Counted from the first letter of the stretch, positions 31,152-40,126 are shown. The stretch is 44,661 bases of DNA from Myxococcales bacterium (GCA_038320275.1 JBBQEB010000011.1:1-44661), one strand, 5' to 3'. The notes: generated by a model from the letters alone, not told the origin. Translations and numbers: made by a program.

Positions 31152-32335
31152 CGGCCACCCTCCAGCGCGAGCTTTCCCGGCGCGACGGGCCTGCGGCGCA
31201 GCCCGCGCCGAAGGGAGATGGAGAAATGCACCAGCAAACCGATCGTCACGAGCACGCACGAAACGTACGGCAAGAGCCAGCCCGGATTGTCCACCACCTG
31301 CAGGATGGAGAGCGTGTCGCCCTTGCCGAAGCTGGCCTGGTAGAAGGCCTTGCCGTCGTACCTTAGCGGCTGGTTCATGTAGATGAGGACGTCGCGCTCC
31401 TCGCCCTTGGACGGGTTGGAGAGGTGCACCAGGCTCGAGAAGTTCTTGGGGATGGTCGTGCCCGCGTAGACGTCGTGGCTGAACTTCTTCAGCGTGAGCG
31501 AGTAGGGCAGGTAGCGCCGCCGCGGCCGGAGCTCGAGCCCATAGGTGTGGCCCTCGTGCGTGAAGCCCTGCGCCGCTCCGAGCCCGCTCGCCGCGAGCCA
31601 GGTGCCGTAGCTCCGGCCTCCCGCCACCGGCTCCACGTACACGGCGGTCCGGTTCACCTGGTCGTCGGCGGTGACGGGAGGCAGCTCGCGGGCCGTCACC
31701 GTCGCTCCCACCCCCGCGGTCGCGAGCGGCCGGGGGTCGCCCGCGGCGATGGTGCGAAGATCGGCGTTGCGGAGGAAGCGTTGGACGCGCAACGACACCG
31801 GCGTGCCCGGCAGCTCGATGGTCCCGCCGCGGGCGAGCAGGGACTCAGGCACCCCGTACACCTCGTCGGCCGCCGGGTCGGTGCGATCCACCACCGCGAG
31901 CTCGAGCTCGCGGGGACTCTCCACGTAGTTGAGCGTCTGGCCGTTCTCGATGGCGAGCTGGCTCTCCACCTGGAAGATGCTGGTCACGAACTCGCCCACG
32001 AAGAGCAGGATGAGCCCGATGTGGACGATCCAGAGCCCGGCCTTCTTCCAGGACAGCTCGAGCCGGTTCACCTGCGCCGCGATGAGGTTCGCGCCGAGCA
32101 CGAGTCCCACCGTTGCGCCGCCGGGCATCATGGGAACGCTGCGGCCGGTGCCCGGGATCTCGGCCCAGACGAAGAAGCTGCGGATGTAAAGGTTCACCGC
32201 GCCCAGCGTGCCGAGGCTCACCTGCGCGAGCGTGCAGGCGATGACGAGCACCATCAAGAGCGCCAGGCACACGATGCTGAGCTTGAGGGACGTGAAGACG
32301 TCCCAGACCGCCATTCCGACGTCCTTAGTCTTCAA
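31148..32335 (-). CDS. ResB/CcsB-like cytochrome c biogenesis protein (ATG 32314 alternative)
   Basis: SLKLSIV..LMVLV..CTL, GLWIVHIGL, PKNFSS, IYMNQPLRY...FYQAS, NPGW.LPY. Confidence 0.85.
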   Translation of the reverse strand: MKTKDVGMAVWDVFTSLKLSIVCLALLMVLVIACTLAQVSLGTLGAVNLYIRSFFVWAEIPGTGRSVPMMPGGATVGLVLGANLIAAQVNRLELSWKKAGLWIVHIGLILLFVGEFVTSIFQVESQLAIENGQTLNYVESPRELELAVVDRTDPAADEVYGVPESLLARGGTIELPGTPVSLRVQRFLRNADLRTIAAGDPRPLATAGVGATVTARELPPVTADDQVNRTAVYVEPVAGGRSYGTWLAASGLGAAQGFTHEGHTYGLELRPRRRYLPYSLTLKKFSHDVYAGTTIPKNFSSLVHLSNPSKGEERDVLIYMNQPLRYDGKAFYQASFGKGDTLSILQVVDNPGWLLPYVSCVLVTIGLLVHFSISLRRGLRRRPVAPGKLALEGGR

Positions 32336-32993
32336 AGCGCAGGCTCTCCAGCAGGTGGACGAACTCGGGCCTCGCCGCTGCCACCGGCTTCTCGTCGCCC
32401 GACATCTTGAAGAACCAGGTGCTGCCGCGGACCGTGGCGAGGCTCGCCACGACGCGGGTCCTGGTGGTGCCCTCGCCGGTGAAGTCGTACAGCGAGAACG
32501 CGCCGGCCTTGGTGGGGACAGTTTTGCGCGCGGCGGCCATGGCGGTCTCGTCGAGAGGTGAGAGCCCGATCTGATTTCGCCACCGGTTCACGTTGGCGAG
32601 CTCGCCGCCGGCGGGCCCGGGCAGGACGATGACGGAGACGTCGATCTTGCCCTCGCCGGACGGCTTCAAGGTCGCGTACCGCATTCCGCCCGAGAGGGCC
32701 TGCGTCCAGCCCTGGGGAAGGGTCCAGCGCACCGCGGCATCGCCGGCGGGCGTGGGCGGAGGCGGGATGTCGCCCGCCATGGACGCGCCCGGGCCGGCGG
32801 CCGCGCCCCCAGCAGCCGGCGCCTGGGAACCCGCCCCGAGGGGGGATGACGCGGCAAGCACTGGCGGCGTCGCTGGGTGGGGAACCCGCACGTGGGTGAC
32901 CTCGTCGCGGCGGCAAGCCGGCAGCAGGAGAGCCAGCGCGACGGCGGCAGCCGCCGGTCCCGACCACTTAGGGGGAGAGGTTTTGATCCGCAT
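32325..32993 (-). CDS. Lipoprotein of unknown function leading the resB-ccsA operon
   Basis: Signal ending ALALLLPAC; WTLPQGW, GGELANVNRWRNQIGL, TWFFKMSG; overlaps the resB start. Confidence 0.75.
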   Translation of the reverse strand: MRIKTSPPKWSGPAAAAVALALLLPACRRDEVTHVRVPHPATPPVLAASSPLGAGSQAPAAGGAAAGPGASMAGDIPPPPTPAGDAAVRWTLPQGWTQALSGGMRYATLKPSGEGKIDVSVIVLPGPAGGELANVNRWRNQIGLSPLDETAMAAARKTVPTKAGAFSLYDFTGEGTTRTRVVASLATVRGSTWFFKMSGDEKPVAAARPEFVHLLESLRFED

Positions 32994-32996
32994 CAA
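32983..32996. promoter_or_regulatory. Perfect FNR/Crp-family consensus box TTGAT-N4-ATCAA
   Basis: TTGATCCGCATCAA read directly; lies at the junction of two divergent cytochrome c maturation units. Confidence 0.6.
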
Positions 32997-33188
32997 CCCT
33001 GGTGAACGCATGGCGGCGCTCGTTTGTTCATGCCTGCGACGATGTGGGGGGCCCGCGCCTGTGGAAGGCGTGAGGCGGGCCGGATGTTGCTTGACTTACC
33101 ACGCAGCCCCGGCGGGTGCACGGCCGGGTTCCCTCCCGCCGCGCCATCTGCTACCCATGCGCCGCCCCGCCCCCGGAGATCGCCCGAG

Positions 33189-35510
33189 ATGAACAAGGCT
33201 CTCGAAAGCCTCGCCTCGATTTCGCTCGCCATCCTGCTGCTCGTGCTCCTGCTGCTGGGCCTCGCGACGGGCACCATCGTCGAGTCGATGCGCGGCGCCG
33301 AGGTGGCTGGCCGGGTGGTCTACTACTCCTGGTGGTTCATCGGGCTGCAGGGTGCCTTCGTCCTGAACGTGCTCGCCTCGATCGCGCTCCACTTCCCCTG
33401 GGGCAAGGAACGGGTGGGCTTCCTCACCGCTCACAGCTCGCTCGTCGTGATCCTCATCGGCGCGCTGGTGTCGTTCTTCTGGAAGACCGAGGGCCACCTC
33501 ATGCTGTGGGAGGGGGAGTCGGGGAACGAGATCGTGAACCAGGATCCGCAGGGCCGGGTGCTCGACCGCGCGACCCTGCCGTTCACCGTGAAGCTCGATC
33601 GCTTCCGCGTGGATCACTACCCGGGCACCATGCGGCCCTCCAACTTCCGCAGCGACGTGGAGATCAGCGATCCCGCCGGCCAGCCCTTCAAGGCCGGCGT
33701 GTGGATGAACCACGAGCTGGAGCACCGTGGCTGGCGGCTCTTCCAGTCGAGCTACCAGCAGGCGAACGGGCGGAGCGCGACGGTGCTCTCGGTGGCGAAG
33801 GACCCGGGCCAGCCCATCGTCTTCGTCGGCTACGTTTTGCTCGTCCTCGGCATGTGCATCGTCCTCGGGACCCGCATCGCGCAGACCCGCGCGCTCGCCG
33901 CCGGGACAGGGGCTGGCCCCGGTCGGCCCGCCGCCAAGGGTCGCTCCGGAGGAAAGGCCGCTGCCTCCGCCTTGGCGCTGCTCTTCGCGGGCGGCCTGGG
34001 CGCCTGGGGCGGTAACGCCCGCGCAGCCGACGACGCCGTCTCGGCCGCGCGCAGGCTCCCCGTCCAGCACGACGGCCGCGTGATGCCGCTCGACACCGTG
34101 GCGCGTGAGGCGGTGTGGAACGTGACGGGCGCGCGGGCGGGGAGGGGGGACGAGGCGGTGGCGCAGGTCCTCCGCTGGCTCGGGAGCCCGGACCAGGCCG
34201 TGAACGACCCTATCGTGAAGCTCGGCAGCGACGAGCTGGCGGTGGCGGCCGGGCTACCAGCGAGCGCGACCCACGCCTCGTTCTCGCAGCTCGTGAACAG
34301 CCGGGCGGTGATCCAGCTCATGGGGAGTGCGCGGCAGGCCGCCGCGAGCGGCACGCCGCGCACGGGCGTGATGGCGGCCGCCGAGAAGGTGGAGGAGCGC
34401 CTCCTGTGGATGCAGCGCTTCCTGGAGAGGGAGATCCTCCGGTCCATCCCGATCCCGGGCGACCCGAACGCGCAGTGGACGTCCATCCCGTTCACCACCG
34501 CCGGGGAGATCGCGCAGCTCGCGGGCAACGAGCGGCTCGACGGCTGGCCCTCCCGCGCGGCCATCGAGCGCGAGATCACCTACAACGACGTACGCCCCAC
34601 GCGGCTCGCCTGGATCGTGCTGGCGCTGGCGCTCGCGCTCTCCATCGCGGGCTGGAACCGCGGCAGCAAGCTCCTCGACGGCCTCTCGCTGGCGGGGCTG
34701 GTGGCCGGCTTCGCCATCATGTCCTGGGGCATCTGGGCGCGCTGGGACGTGGCGGGCCGGGTCCCCGCCTCCAACATGTACGAGTCGCTGCTCTTCCTGG
34801 CGTGGGGGGTGGGCCTGTTCGCGGTGGTCGCCTTCGCGCTGGTGCGAAACCGGCTGGTGGTGGTGAACGCGAACGCCATGGCCGCGCTCACCATGATCCT
34901 CACCGACCTCCTCCCCATCGACGCCTTCGTGCACCCCGTTCCGCCGGTGCTGGCCGGCACCTACTGGCTCGCCATCCACGTGCCCATCATCATGGTGAGC
35001 TACTCGGTGCTGGCGCTGGGCGTGGTGGTGGCGCACATGCAGATCGGCACCACCATCTTCGCCCCCAAGCGGAGCGACCTCGTCGCCCGCATGGCTGACC
35101 TTCTCTACTGGTACATCCACGTCGGCTCGATCCTCCTCATCACCGGCATCCTCACCGGATCGATGTGGGCCTCGTCGTCCTGGGGACGTTACTGGGGCTG
35201 GGATCCGAAGGAGGTCTGGTCGCTGGTGGCCTTCCTCGCCTACATCGCCATCCTGCATGGCCGCTGGGAGCGGTTCATCGGCGCCTTCGGCGTGGCGGCC
35301 CTGAGCATCGGGGCCTTCCAGACCATCCTCATGACGTATCTGGGAGTGAACTTCGTCCTCACCACCGGGCTGCACTCCTACGGCATGGGCGATTCTCCGG
35401 TGGTGAAGTGGATGGCGCTGGTGGCGGGGCTGGAAACGGTCTTTCTCCTGTGGGGCATCGTGGCTCACCGGCAACAGTTGAGGCACGAGGAGGAACTGGC
35501 GCTCCTGTGA
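33189..35510 (+). CDS. Fused ResB-CcsA (CcsBA) System II cytochrome c synthase
   Basis: ResB part (GFLTAHSS, PSNFRS, WMNHEL...LFQSSY, DPGQPIVFVGY); CcsA part (GRVPASNMYE, WLAIHV, WASSSWGRYWGWDPKEVW, GLHSYG). Confidence 0.9.
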   Translation: MNKALESLASISLAILLLVLLLLGLATGTIVESMRGAEVAGRVVYYSWWFIGLQGAFVLNVLASIALHFPWGKERVGFLTAHSSLVVILIGALVSFFWKTEGHLMLWEGESGNEIVNQDPQGRVLDRATLPFTVKLDRFRVDHYPGTMRPSNFRSDVEISDPAGQPFKAGVWMNHELEHRGWRLFQSSYQQANGRSATVLSVAKDPGQPIVFVGYVLLVLGMCIVLGTRIAQTRALAAGTGAGPGRPAAKGRSGGKAAASALALLFAGGLGAWGGNARAADDAVSAARRLPVQHDGRVMPLDTVAREAVWNVTGARAGRGDEAVAQVLRWLGSPDQAVNDPIVKLGSDELAVAAGLPASATHASFSQLVNSRAVIQLMGSARQAAASGTPRTGVMAAAEKVEERLLWMQRFLEREILRSIPIPGDPNAQWTSIPFTTAGEIAQLAGNERLDGWPSRAAIEREITYNDVRPTRLAWIVLALALALSIAGWNRGSKLLDGLSLAGLVAGFAIMSWGIWARWDVAGRVPASNMYESLLFLAWGVGLFAVVAFALVRNRLVVVNANAMAALTMILTDLLPIDAFVHPVPPVLAGTYWLAIHVPIIMVSYSVLALGVVVAHMQIGTTIFAPKRSDLVARMADLLYWYIHVGSILLITGILTGSMWASSSWGRYWGWDPKEVWSLVAFLAYIAILHGRWERFIGAFGVAALSIGAFQTILMTYLGVNFVLTTGLHSYGMGDSPVVKWMALVAGLETVFLLWGIVAHRQQLRHEEELALL

Positions 35511-35593
35511 CGCAAGGCGATACCGCCCGCCATCGCGGGAGATTTGGAAGCAGGGGCTGCGCCGCGCTCTGGCGCCGCTTAGGGATCTGTGCG

Positions 35594-35770
35594 GTGCCCC
35601 CCGTCCATTTCTTTGATCGTGCCGCCGAGCAGCCGCTCTGCCGGCGGCCTCACGGCAGCAACTGGAGCTGGACGCTCGCCCCTCGTGCCGTCTCCTGCCC
35701 CGGCTGCCTGCGGCTCCTCGCCGCGCGGCTCCCTCCCGAGGACGCCCCGCGCCCGGCAGGCGGACCGTGA
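35594..35770 (+). CDS. 58-aa putative zinc-finger micro-protein (His, Cys, CxxC)
   Basis: AGGGA upstream of GTG 35594; VHFFD..PLC...VSCPGCLRLL; its stop overlaps the next GTG. Confidence 0.5.
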   Translation: MPPVHFFDRAAEQPLCRRPHGSNWSWTLAPRAVSCPGCLRLLAARLPPEDAPRPAGGP

Positions 35771-37587
35771 GCTTCCGGGAGCAGCTCCCTCCTCCCGGCC
35801 CAGCCCGCATCGCCACCATCGCCGCAGTGGTCCTCGGGGGCGTCGTGGCCCTCGGCCTCTCCGCGCTCATCGCCATCTTCATCGTCACTGCATTCCGCGG
35901 CGGGTGAGCGGAGGGGCAGCAGAAGCGGACGCGCGCACGCGCGCGAGTGAGCCCGCAGCGCCTTCACCCAACGTACGACGAGCTTTCCCTCGGCCTCGGT
36001 GAGCGGGCGATTTCCCTGGCCGCGCGCCTCCTGGATGACGAACGAGCCGTCGCCCACCCTGGCGAGCTCGATCGCGACCGGCTGACCCAGCACGCGCCCC
36101 GCCACGAGCCACGCGCCGCCTTCGAGGAGACGCCCACAGCGAGTCGCGAGACAGTTCCGCAGACGCGCGCCTTTCGCTGCGAGCTCGAGCGTGTTCCGGA
36201 CGGACCTGAGCTCGACGCCCGGGACGATCGCGCCGGACGTGTCGAGTGGCGCGAAAGCCGGTCCGACGTTCTTTCGCCAGCCCGGTTGGGCGGCGAGGCT
36301 CTCGATCGCGACCACCTCGCCAAGCTCGAGCTTGCGGAGCCTGTCGAGCAGGTTGCCCAGCCGGTGGGCTGCGGAGCGCGCGTCTCGATCGTGTATGGCA
36401 GACAAGGCTTTCGCGAACCACCCCGCGGGGCAGGTCGAGCGGGTGGGCCAGTCGTTCGTGGCGCGCGCGTACGCCAGCGCGGCAGCCCAGGGGTCATCGA
36501 CCTGGGGACGACGCCTGCGCGCGGCCCACGCATGGATGAGCAGGCTCGCTGCGTTTCGTGAGAAGAACGACCAGGTGCCCTCCGGTACGCCGCGCTCCGC
36601 GCAGAGGAGCGTCGCGTCCTTCATGAACTGATACCAGTGGTGATTGCGCCAGGCGGACGCGGGGATGTCTTCCGGCGCGAAGAATGGCGGCGCGACGACG
36701 GAGAGGTGGAGCGGGCAGACGAGCGGTCCCGCGCGGCGCACCAGGAGCCGTAGGGCCGCCCGCGGCGTGCGTCGAGCGTGGCCGCGAAACTCGCGCGGCG
36801 CGAACCATCCTGGGCGAAGCCGGAGCGCCACTCCGGCTTCCGCGGCTTCGCAAGCCTCCAGCGCGAAGAAGGCGCCCACGGCCGCGTCGAGGATGCGTGG
36901 GAGCGGTTCCCCTGCCACGATGCCGCGCACCAGCTCGGGGACGACCCTGCGAAGCTTCGGCGCGAAGGACAGCGCCGCCGCGAAGAGGAGCGCTCCAGGG
37001 CAGCACGCCGCGAGCTGCGCGACTCGCCCGGACGCGTCGCCTACAAGGGCGCGGTAGACGAAGGTCCGCGCCAGCGGGTGAAAGCGCCGGGCCACCGCGA
37101 GCGCGGCCGGGTCGCAGGCCTGGGTGACGAGCCGAGCGGCCTCATCGAGGGTCTGGTAGGCCCGCGCGAGCTCGACCGGCCCGCTCTGCGTACCCTTCCC
37201 AGGCGCCACCCGCGCTCGCCCCGGGGAGCCCGCGCCGGCAACGCGGTCGTCCAGAGCGAAGAGCCCGAGCACAGCACGGGCGCAGCGGAACGCCTCGCGA
37301 CGCGCGCCAAGATACTCGCGACGCCAGCTCGGCGGCTCGAACGAGAGGTGCTCGATCCGGAGCGTCCAGCTGGCCAGGTCACCTCGGTGATGAGGGCGAG
37401 GCGCGAGCCGGTGGGAGAACCGCGCTCGCCGCTCGCCCGTGAGCGGCACGTCCACGTCGAGCGCGTCTCCCCAGTTCGATGCCAGGTGCAGCTCGAGCCC
37501 GCCGGGGCCGACCCGGCAGCGCAGCTCCACCCGCGTGTCGCCGAAGGTGAACGCCTCCACGATGGACCGATCGGGCGCGTGGGACAT
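35650..37587 (-). CDS. PcfJ-like domain protein; the last ~95 aa look non-coding
   Basis: ELAAKGARLRNCL...AIEL...IQEARGQGNR resembles the PcfJ C-terminal domain; the N-terminal part is unrecognised. Confidence 0.6.
   Translation of the reverse strand: MSHAPDRSIVEAFTFGDTRVELRCRVGPGGLELHLASNWGDALDVDVPLTGERRARFSHRLAPRPHHRGDLASWTLRIEHLSFEPPSWRREYLGARREAFRCARAVLGLFALDDRVAGAGSPGRARVAPGKGTQSGPVELARAYQTLDEAARLVTQACDPAALAVARRFHPLARTFVYRALVGDASGRVAQLAACCPGALLFAAALSFAPKLRRVVPELVRGIVAGEPLPRILDAAVGAFFALEACEAAEAGVALRLRPGWFAPREFRGHARRTPRAALRLLVRRAGPLVCPLHLSVVAPPFFAPEDIPASAWRNHHWYQFMKDATLLCAERGVPEGTWSFFSRNAASLLIHAWAARRRRPQVDDPWAAALAYARATNDWPTRSTCPAGWFAKALSAIHDRDARSAAHRLGNLLDRLRKLELGEVVAIESLAAQPGWRKNVGPAFAPLDTSGAIVPGVELRSVRNTLELAAKGARLRNCLATRCGRLLEGGAWLVAGRVLGQPVAIELARVGDGSFVIQEARGQGNRPLTEAEGKLVVRWVKALRAHSRACARPLLLPLRSPAAECSDDEDGDERGEAEGHDAPEDHCGDGGDAGWAGRRELLPEAHGPPAGRGASSGGSRAARSRRQPGQETARGASVQLQLLP
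35767..35907 (+). CDS. 46-aa single-pass membrane micro-protein (not in the ORF track)
   Basis: GTGA coupling to the previous ORF; hydrophobic IATIAAVVLGGVVALGLSALIAIFIVTAF with C-ending codons. Confidence 0.5.
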   Translation: MSFREQLPPPGPARIATIAAVVLGGVVALGLSALIAIFIVTAFRGG

Positions 37588-37729
37588 GGCCGAAGCATGG
37601 AGGGTGGACGGACGCGAGATGCACCCTCGACGCGCCGAGGGCGACTGCGCGGTGCCCGAGCGCCTCGTGGTGGGCCCGCGGCGAACCCGCGGGGGGCGAC
37701 CCGCGGCCCGGCGGCCGGAGCGTCACGGC

Positions 37730-38239
37730 TCACCCGGAGCTGCCCCCCAGGCGCAGCGAGGTCGCCCAGCGCGCGATGCCCGCCTTGATGCGGATGTCCT
37801 GTCCTATGTTCTCGCCGGACAGGATGAGAAAGACGACCCGCACCATACGGCCGTCCAGAGACGCGTCGACGTGGGAAGGCAAGCGCCCCGGCTTCGGGAG
37901 CAGCCACCGGACTGGACGCCTGCAGATTCCGACGGCGACGAGCGGCTCGTCGAGCCCGCTGCGATCGACGCGCAGACCGTCGTGATCGGGATAGGCGAAC
38001 GCGATCGTGTCGAACGCGCACGCGCCCAGTTCCTGGCGTTCGAGGATTGCGGTGAGGTGGCGATGAAAGTCGCTCTCCGGGTAGACGCCGCCGGGGTATC
38101 GCAAGGCGAGGGCGGCCCGCAGGAGCGGGGCGATCACGTCGGGGATGGTGGCCTCCTCCGCCGGCTCGAGCGTGAGCACCGCCGCGGGGCGGAAGGGGAG
38201 CGTGGAGAGATCGGGGTCGGGCGAGGTCACGAGGCCCAT
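37730..38239 (-). CDS. PTS EIIA (fructose/Ntr-type)-like protein lacking the phospho-His
   Basis: AILERQELGAC, IAFAY, LVAVGICRRPVRW, DGRMVRVVFLILS follow the EIIA pattern; AIPH is replaced. Confidence 0.55.
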   Translation of the reverse strand: MGLVTSPDPDLSTLPFRPAAVLTLEPAEEATIPDVIAPLLRAALALRYPGGVYPESDFHRHLTAILERQELGACAFDTIAFAYPDHDGLRVDRSGLDEPLVAVGICRRPVRWLLPKPGRLPSHVDASLDGRMVRVVFLILSGENIGQDIRIKAGIARWATSLRLGGSSG

Positions 38240-38330
38240 CCTGCGCGAGGGGCGGACGCGCGCCGTTAGGCGGCGCGGCGGCGCGCGCAGACCATGGGTA
38301 CGTAATTTTTCCGGTGCCGGTGAACCTGCC

Positions 38331-38417
38331 GCCTGCGCGCGGCGCGCGCGGACGACGGCTGCTGGCGCGGGCCACCCCGGAGGACGCACCAGCCTGCGCG
38401 CGGCGCGCGCGGACGAC
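38331..38417. repeat. Two identical 26-bp direct repeats with a 35-bp spacer
   Basis: GCCTGCGCGCGGCGCGCGCGGACGAC at 38331-38356 and 38392-38417; degenerate third copy near 38440. Confidence 0.85.
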
Positions 38418-38490
38418 AGACCCGTCGCAGGACCACCCAGCCCGCGTGCGCCGCGCGCACCGAAGTCCATCCTCCCAGGACAACGATCGT

Positions 38491-38931
38491 ATGACCCACG
38501 ACGACGAACGCCGAGCGAAGGAAGCAGCAGACCTCCATGCGCTGCTCGCGCGCTACGACCTGCGCGACGGGGACAGGCCCGACCAGCCCTACAGTGGTAA
38601 CCCCGCCATCGGGCGCGGCTGGTTCGGCATCCTGAAGGAGCTCGTCGAGGACCTCATCAAGCTCGGCTGGGACCGGAAGGTCGCGCAGATCAAGGAGAAG
38701 TTCGGGAGCTTGCGGCTGTACCCCGGCCATTGGACGCCCGAGTTCCAGGACCGCATCATTGCCGCGCGCGAGCACAGCAAGGAGATCTGCGAGGAGTGCG
38801 GAAAGGCGGGAACGCTGCGCGCGAGAGCCTCCGGCTGGCACGCGACGCGGTGCGACCAATGCTGGGAAGCCGACGAGCGAGCGAGGCGAGCGCGTGTGGC
38901 GCCGGGCGGCGACGGCGGTTCAAGCGCCTGA
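38491..38931 (+). CDS. Hypothetical protein, family A copy 1 (QxKxKFGxLRxY plus CxxC..CxxC)
   Basis: AGGA upstream; clear paralog at 40229-40648. Confidence 0.8.
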   Translation: MTHDDERRAKEAADLHALLARYDLRDGDRPDQPYSGNPAIGRGWFGILKELVEDLIKLGWDRKVAQIKEKFGSLRLYPGHWTPEFQDRIIAAREHSKEICEECGKAGTLRARASGWHATRCDQCWEADERARRARVAPGGDGGSSA

Positions 38932-39122
38932 ACCGCGCTGCGGTGTCCGGCGGAGGTTCCGCTCGTCCGCCCCCGCCGCCACGGGCTCCCCGGTGCCCAT
39001 GTCCGTCCCTCCCACATGAATGGCGGCGTGGAGGGGGAGGACACTCGGGCTCGAACGCGAGTCGGCTGCCCATCCTTCCGAGGGCAAAGCCGCGGTCGGC
39101 TGCGGCACGGAGGAATTGAGCC

Positions 39123-39803
39123 ATGATGCTGAACGGTGGGCAGTTCGGGGTAAGCAGGGAAAAGCCCCGGCGTGGCAGGAAGGCCGCCCAGGGGGAGGAT
39201 GCGGTGGAGCCCACCGCCATCGTGAGCCAGCCGTGGGTAGAACCGGGAGCTGCCAGCCTGGATTGGCTCCGGCAGGAGCTCGCAACGTGGTTGAATCGAC
39301 ATGCGGCCGAGCTCCCCGCACGCCCCGTCCTCGCGCGGAGCGGAGATGGTTTTCAATACTATCGCTTCGAAGGAGTCCGGCGCGTTCGCCTGTACGTGAG
39401 TCGGGGTCCGTTCGAAGTTCGCGTCATGGCCCGTCGCGAGCTCGTCGACATCCTGGTCGAGTTCGACGTGGCGCTCCGTCGCGATGTGCGCGGATACTTC
39501 TGCAGGCTGTGCCAGGAAAACGGCCACGACGAGGTCTTCCGGACGACCGCCTCGCTCGCTGCGGCGCACTCCTTCCGACCTTTGCTCTCCTGGTGTCGCA
39601 AGAACCTCCGGGAGGATCGGGTGCTGGTCATCGAGGGAGAGCACGATCGCTGGTCGGCCGCGCACATCTACTCGGAGAAGGAGTTCCCGTCCAAGAGCCC
39701 GCGGCTGCATCCAGGCTTCGTCGTGGAACGAGTCCTGGGCCGGCGGCGCTCTCGCTCGCCTGCGCCCGCTCGTCGATCGCGGCCTCAAGGAGAGTCTAAA
39801 TGA
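39123..39803 (+). CDS. Hypothetical protein, family B copy 1 (CxxC...HSF)
   Basis: GGAGG RBS; paralog at 40645-41232. Confidence 0.75.
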   Translation: MMLNGGQFGVSREKPRRGRKAAQGEDAVEPTAIVSQPWVEPGAASLDWLRQELATWLNRHAAELPARPVLARSGDGFQYYRFEGVRRVRLYVSRGPFEVRVMARRELVDILVEFDVALRRDVRGYFCRLCQENGHDEVFRTTASLAAAHSFRPLLSWCRKNLREDRVLVIEGEHDRWSAAHIYSEKEFPSKSPRLHPGFVVERVLGRRRSRSPAPARRSRPQGESK

Positions 39804-40126
39804 AAAGGCGAGGCAAGCCAGGGCGGCGCCCGCAGGCCGGCCGGCGGGACGGCGCAGAGGCGGAGGCTGGCCAGGCTCTGAATCCTTCGCGTGGGTCGAA
39901 TGATCGGCTCTGGACCGTCTGCAAGTCGCTTCCCACGGACTTCGAGCCGTGGGGCACGCACTCCCGCTCCTCTCCACCCTTCGGGGACTGTTCATCCGAG
40001 TGCCGCTATTTCACCAAATTGGCAGGCGCACTGGGGCAGGACTGGGGGGTTTGCGTCAACGGTGCGAGCCCCAGGGCAGGTTTGCTCACGTTCGAGCACC
40101 AGGGATGCCCGGACTACAAGCGCTGA
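39800..40126 (+). CDS. Small Cys-rich protein, DUF3027-like
   Basis: DCSSECRYF..LAG.LG.DWGVC.N..SPRAG..TFEH.GC; start overlaps the previous stop. Confidence 0.65.
   Translation: MKRRGKPGRRPQAGRRDGAEAEAGQALNPSRGSNDRLWTVCKSLPTDFEPWGTHSRSSPPFGDCSSECRYFTKLAGALGQDWGVCVNGASPRAGLLTFEHQGCPDYKR

Noticed and set aside
28737..31343. Long alternative ORFs (also 24878-27307, 18364-20523, 2036-3760, and the part of 10712-12880 before 12251)
   Set aside because: Antisense or off-frame shadows of well-supported genes, expected in high-GC DNA, with no recognisable motifs
38331..38417. CRISPR array (26-bp repeat, 35-bp spacer)
   Set aside because: Only two exact copies, the third is degenerate at a different spacing, and there are no cas genes in the window
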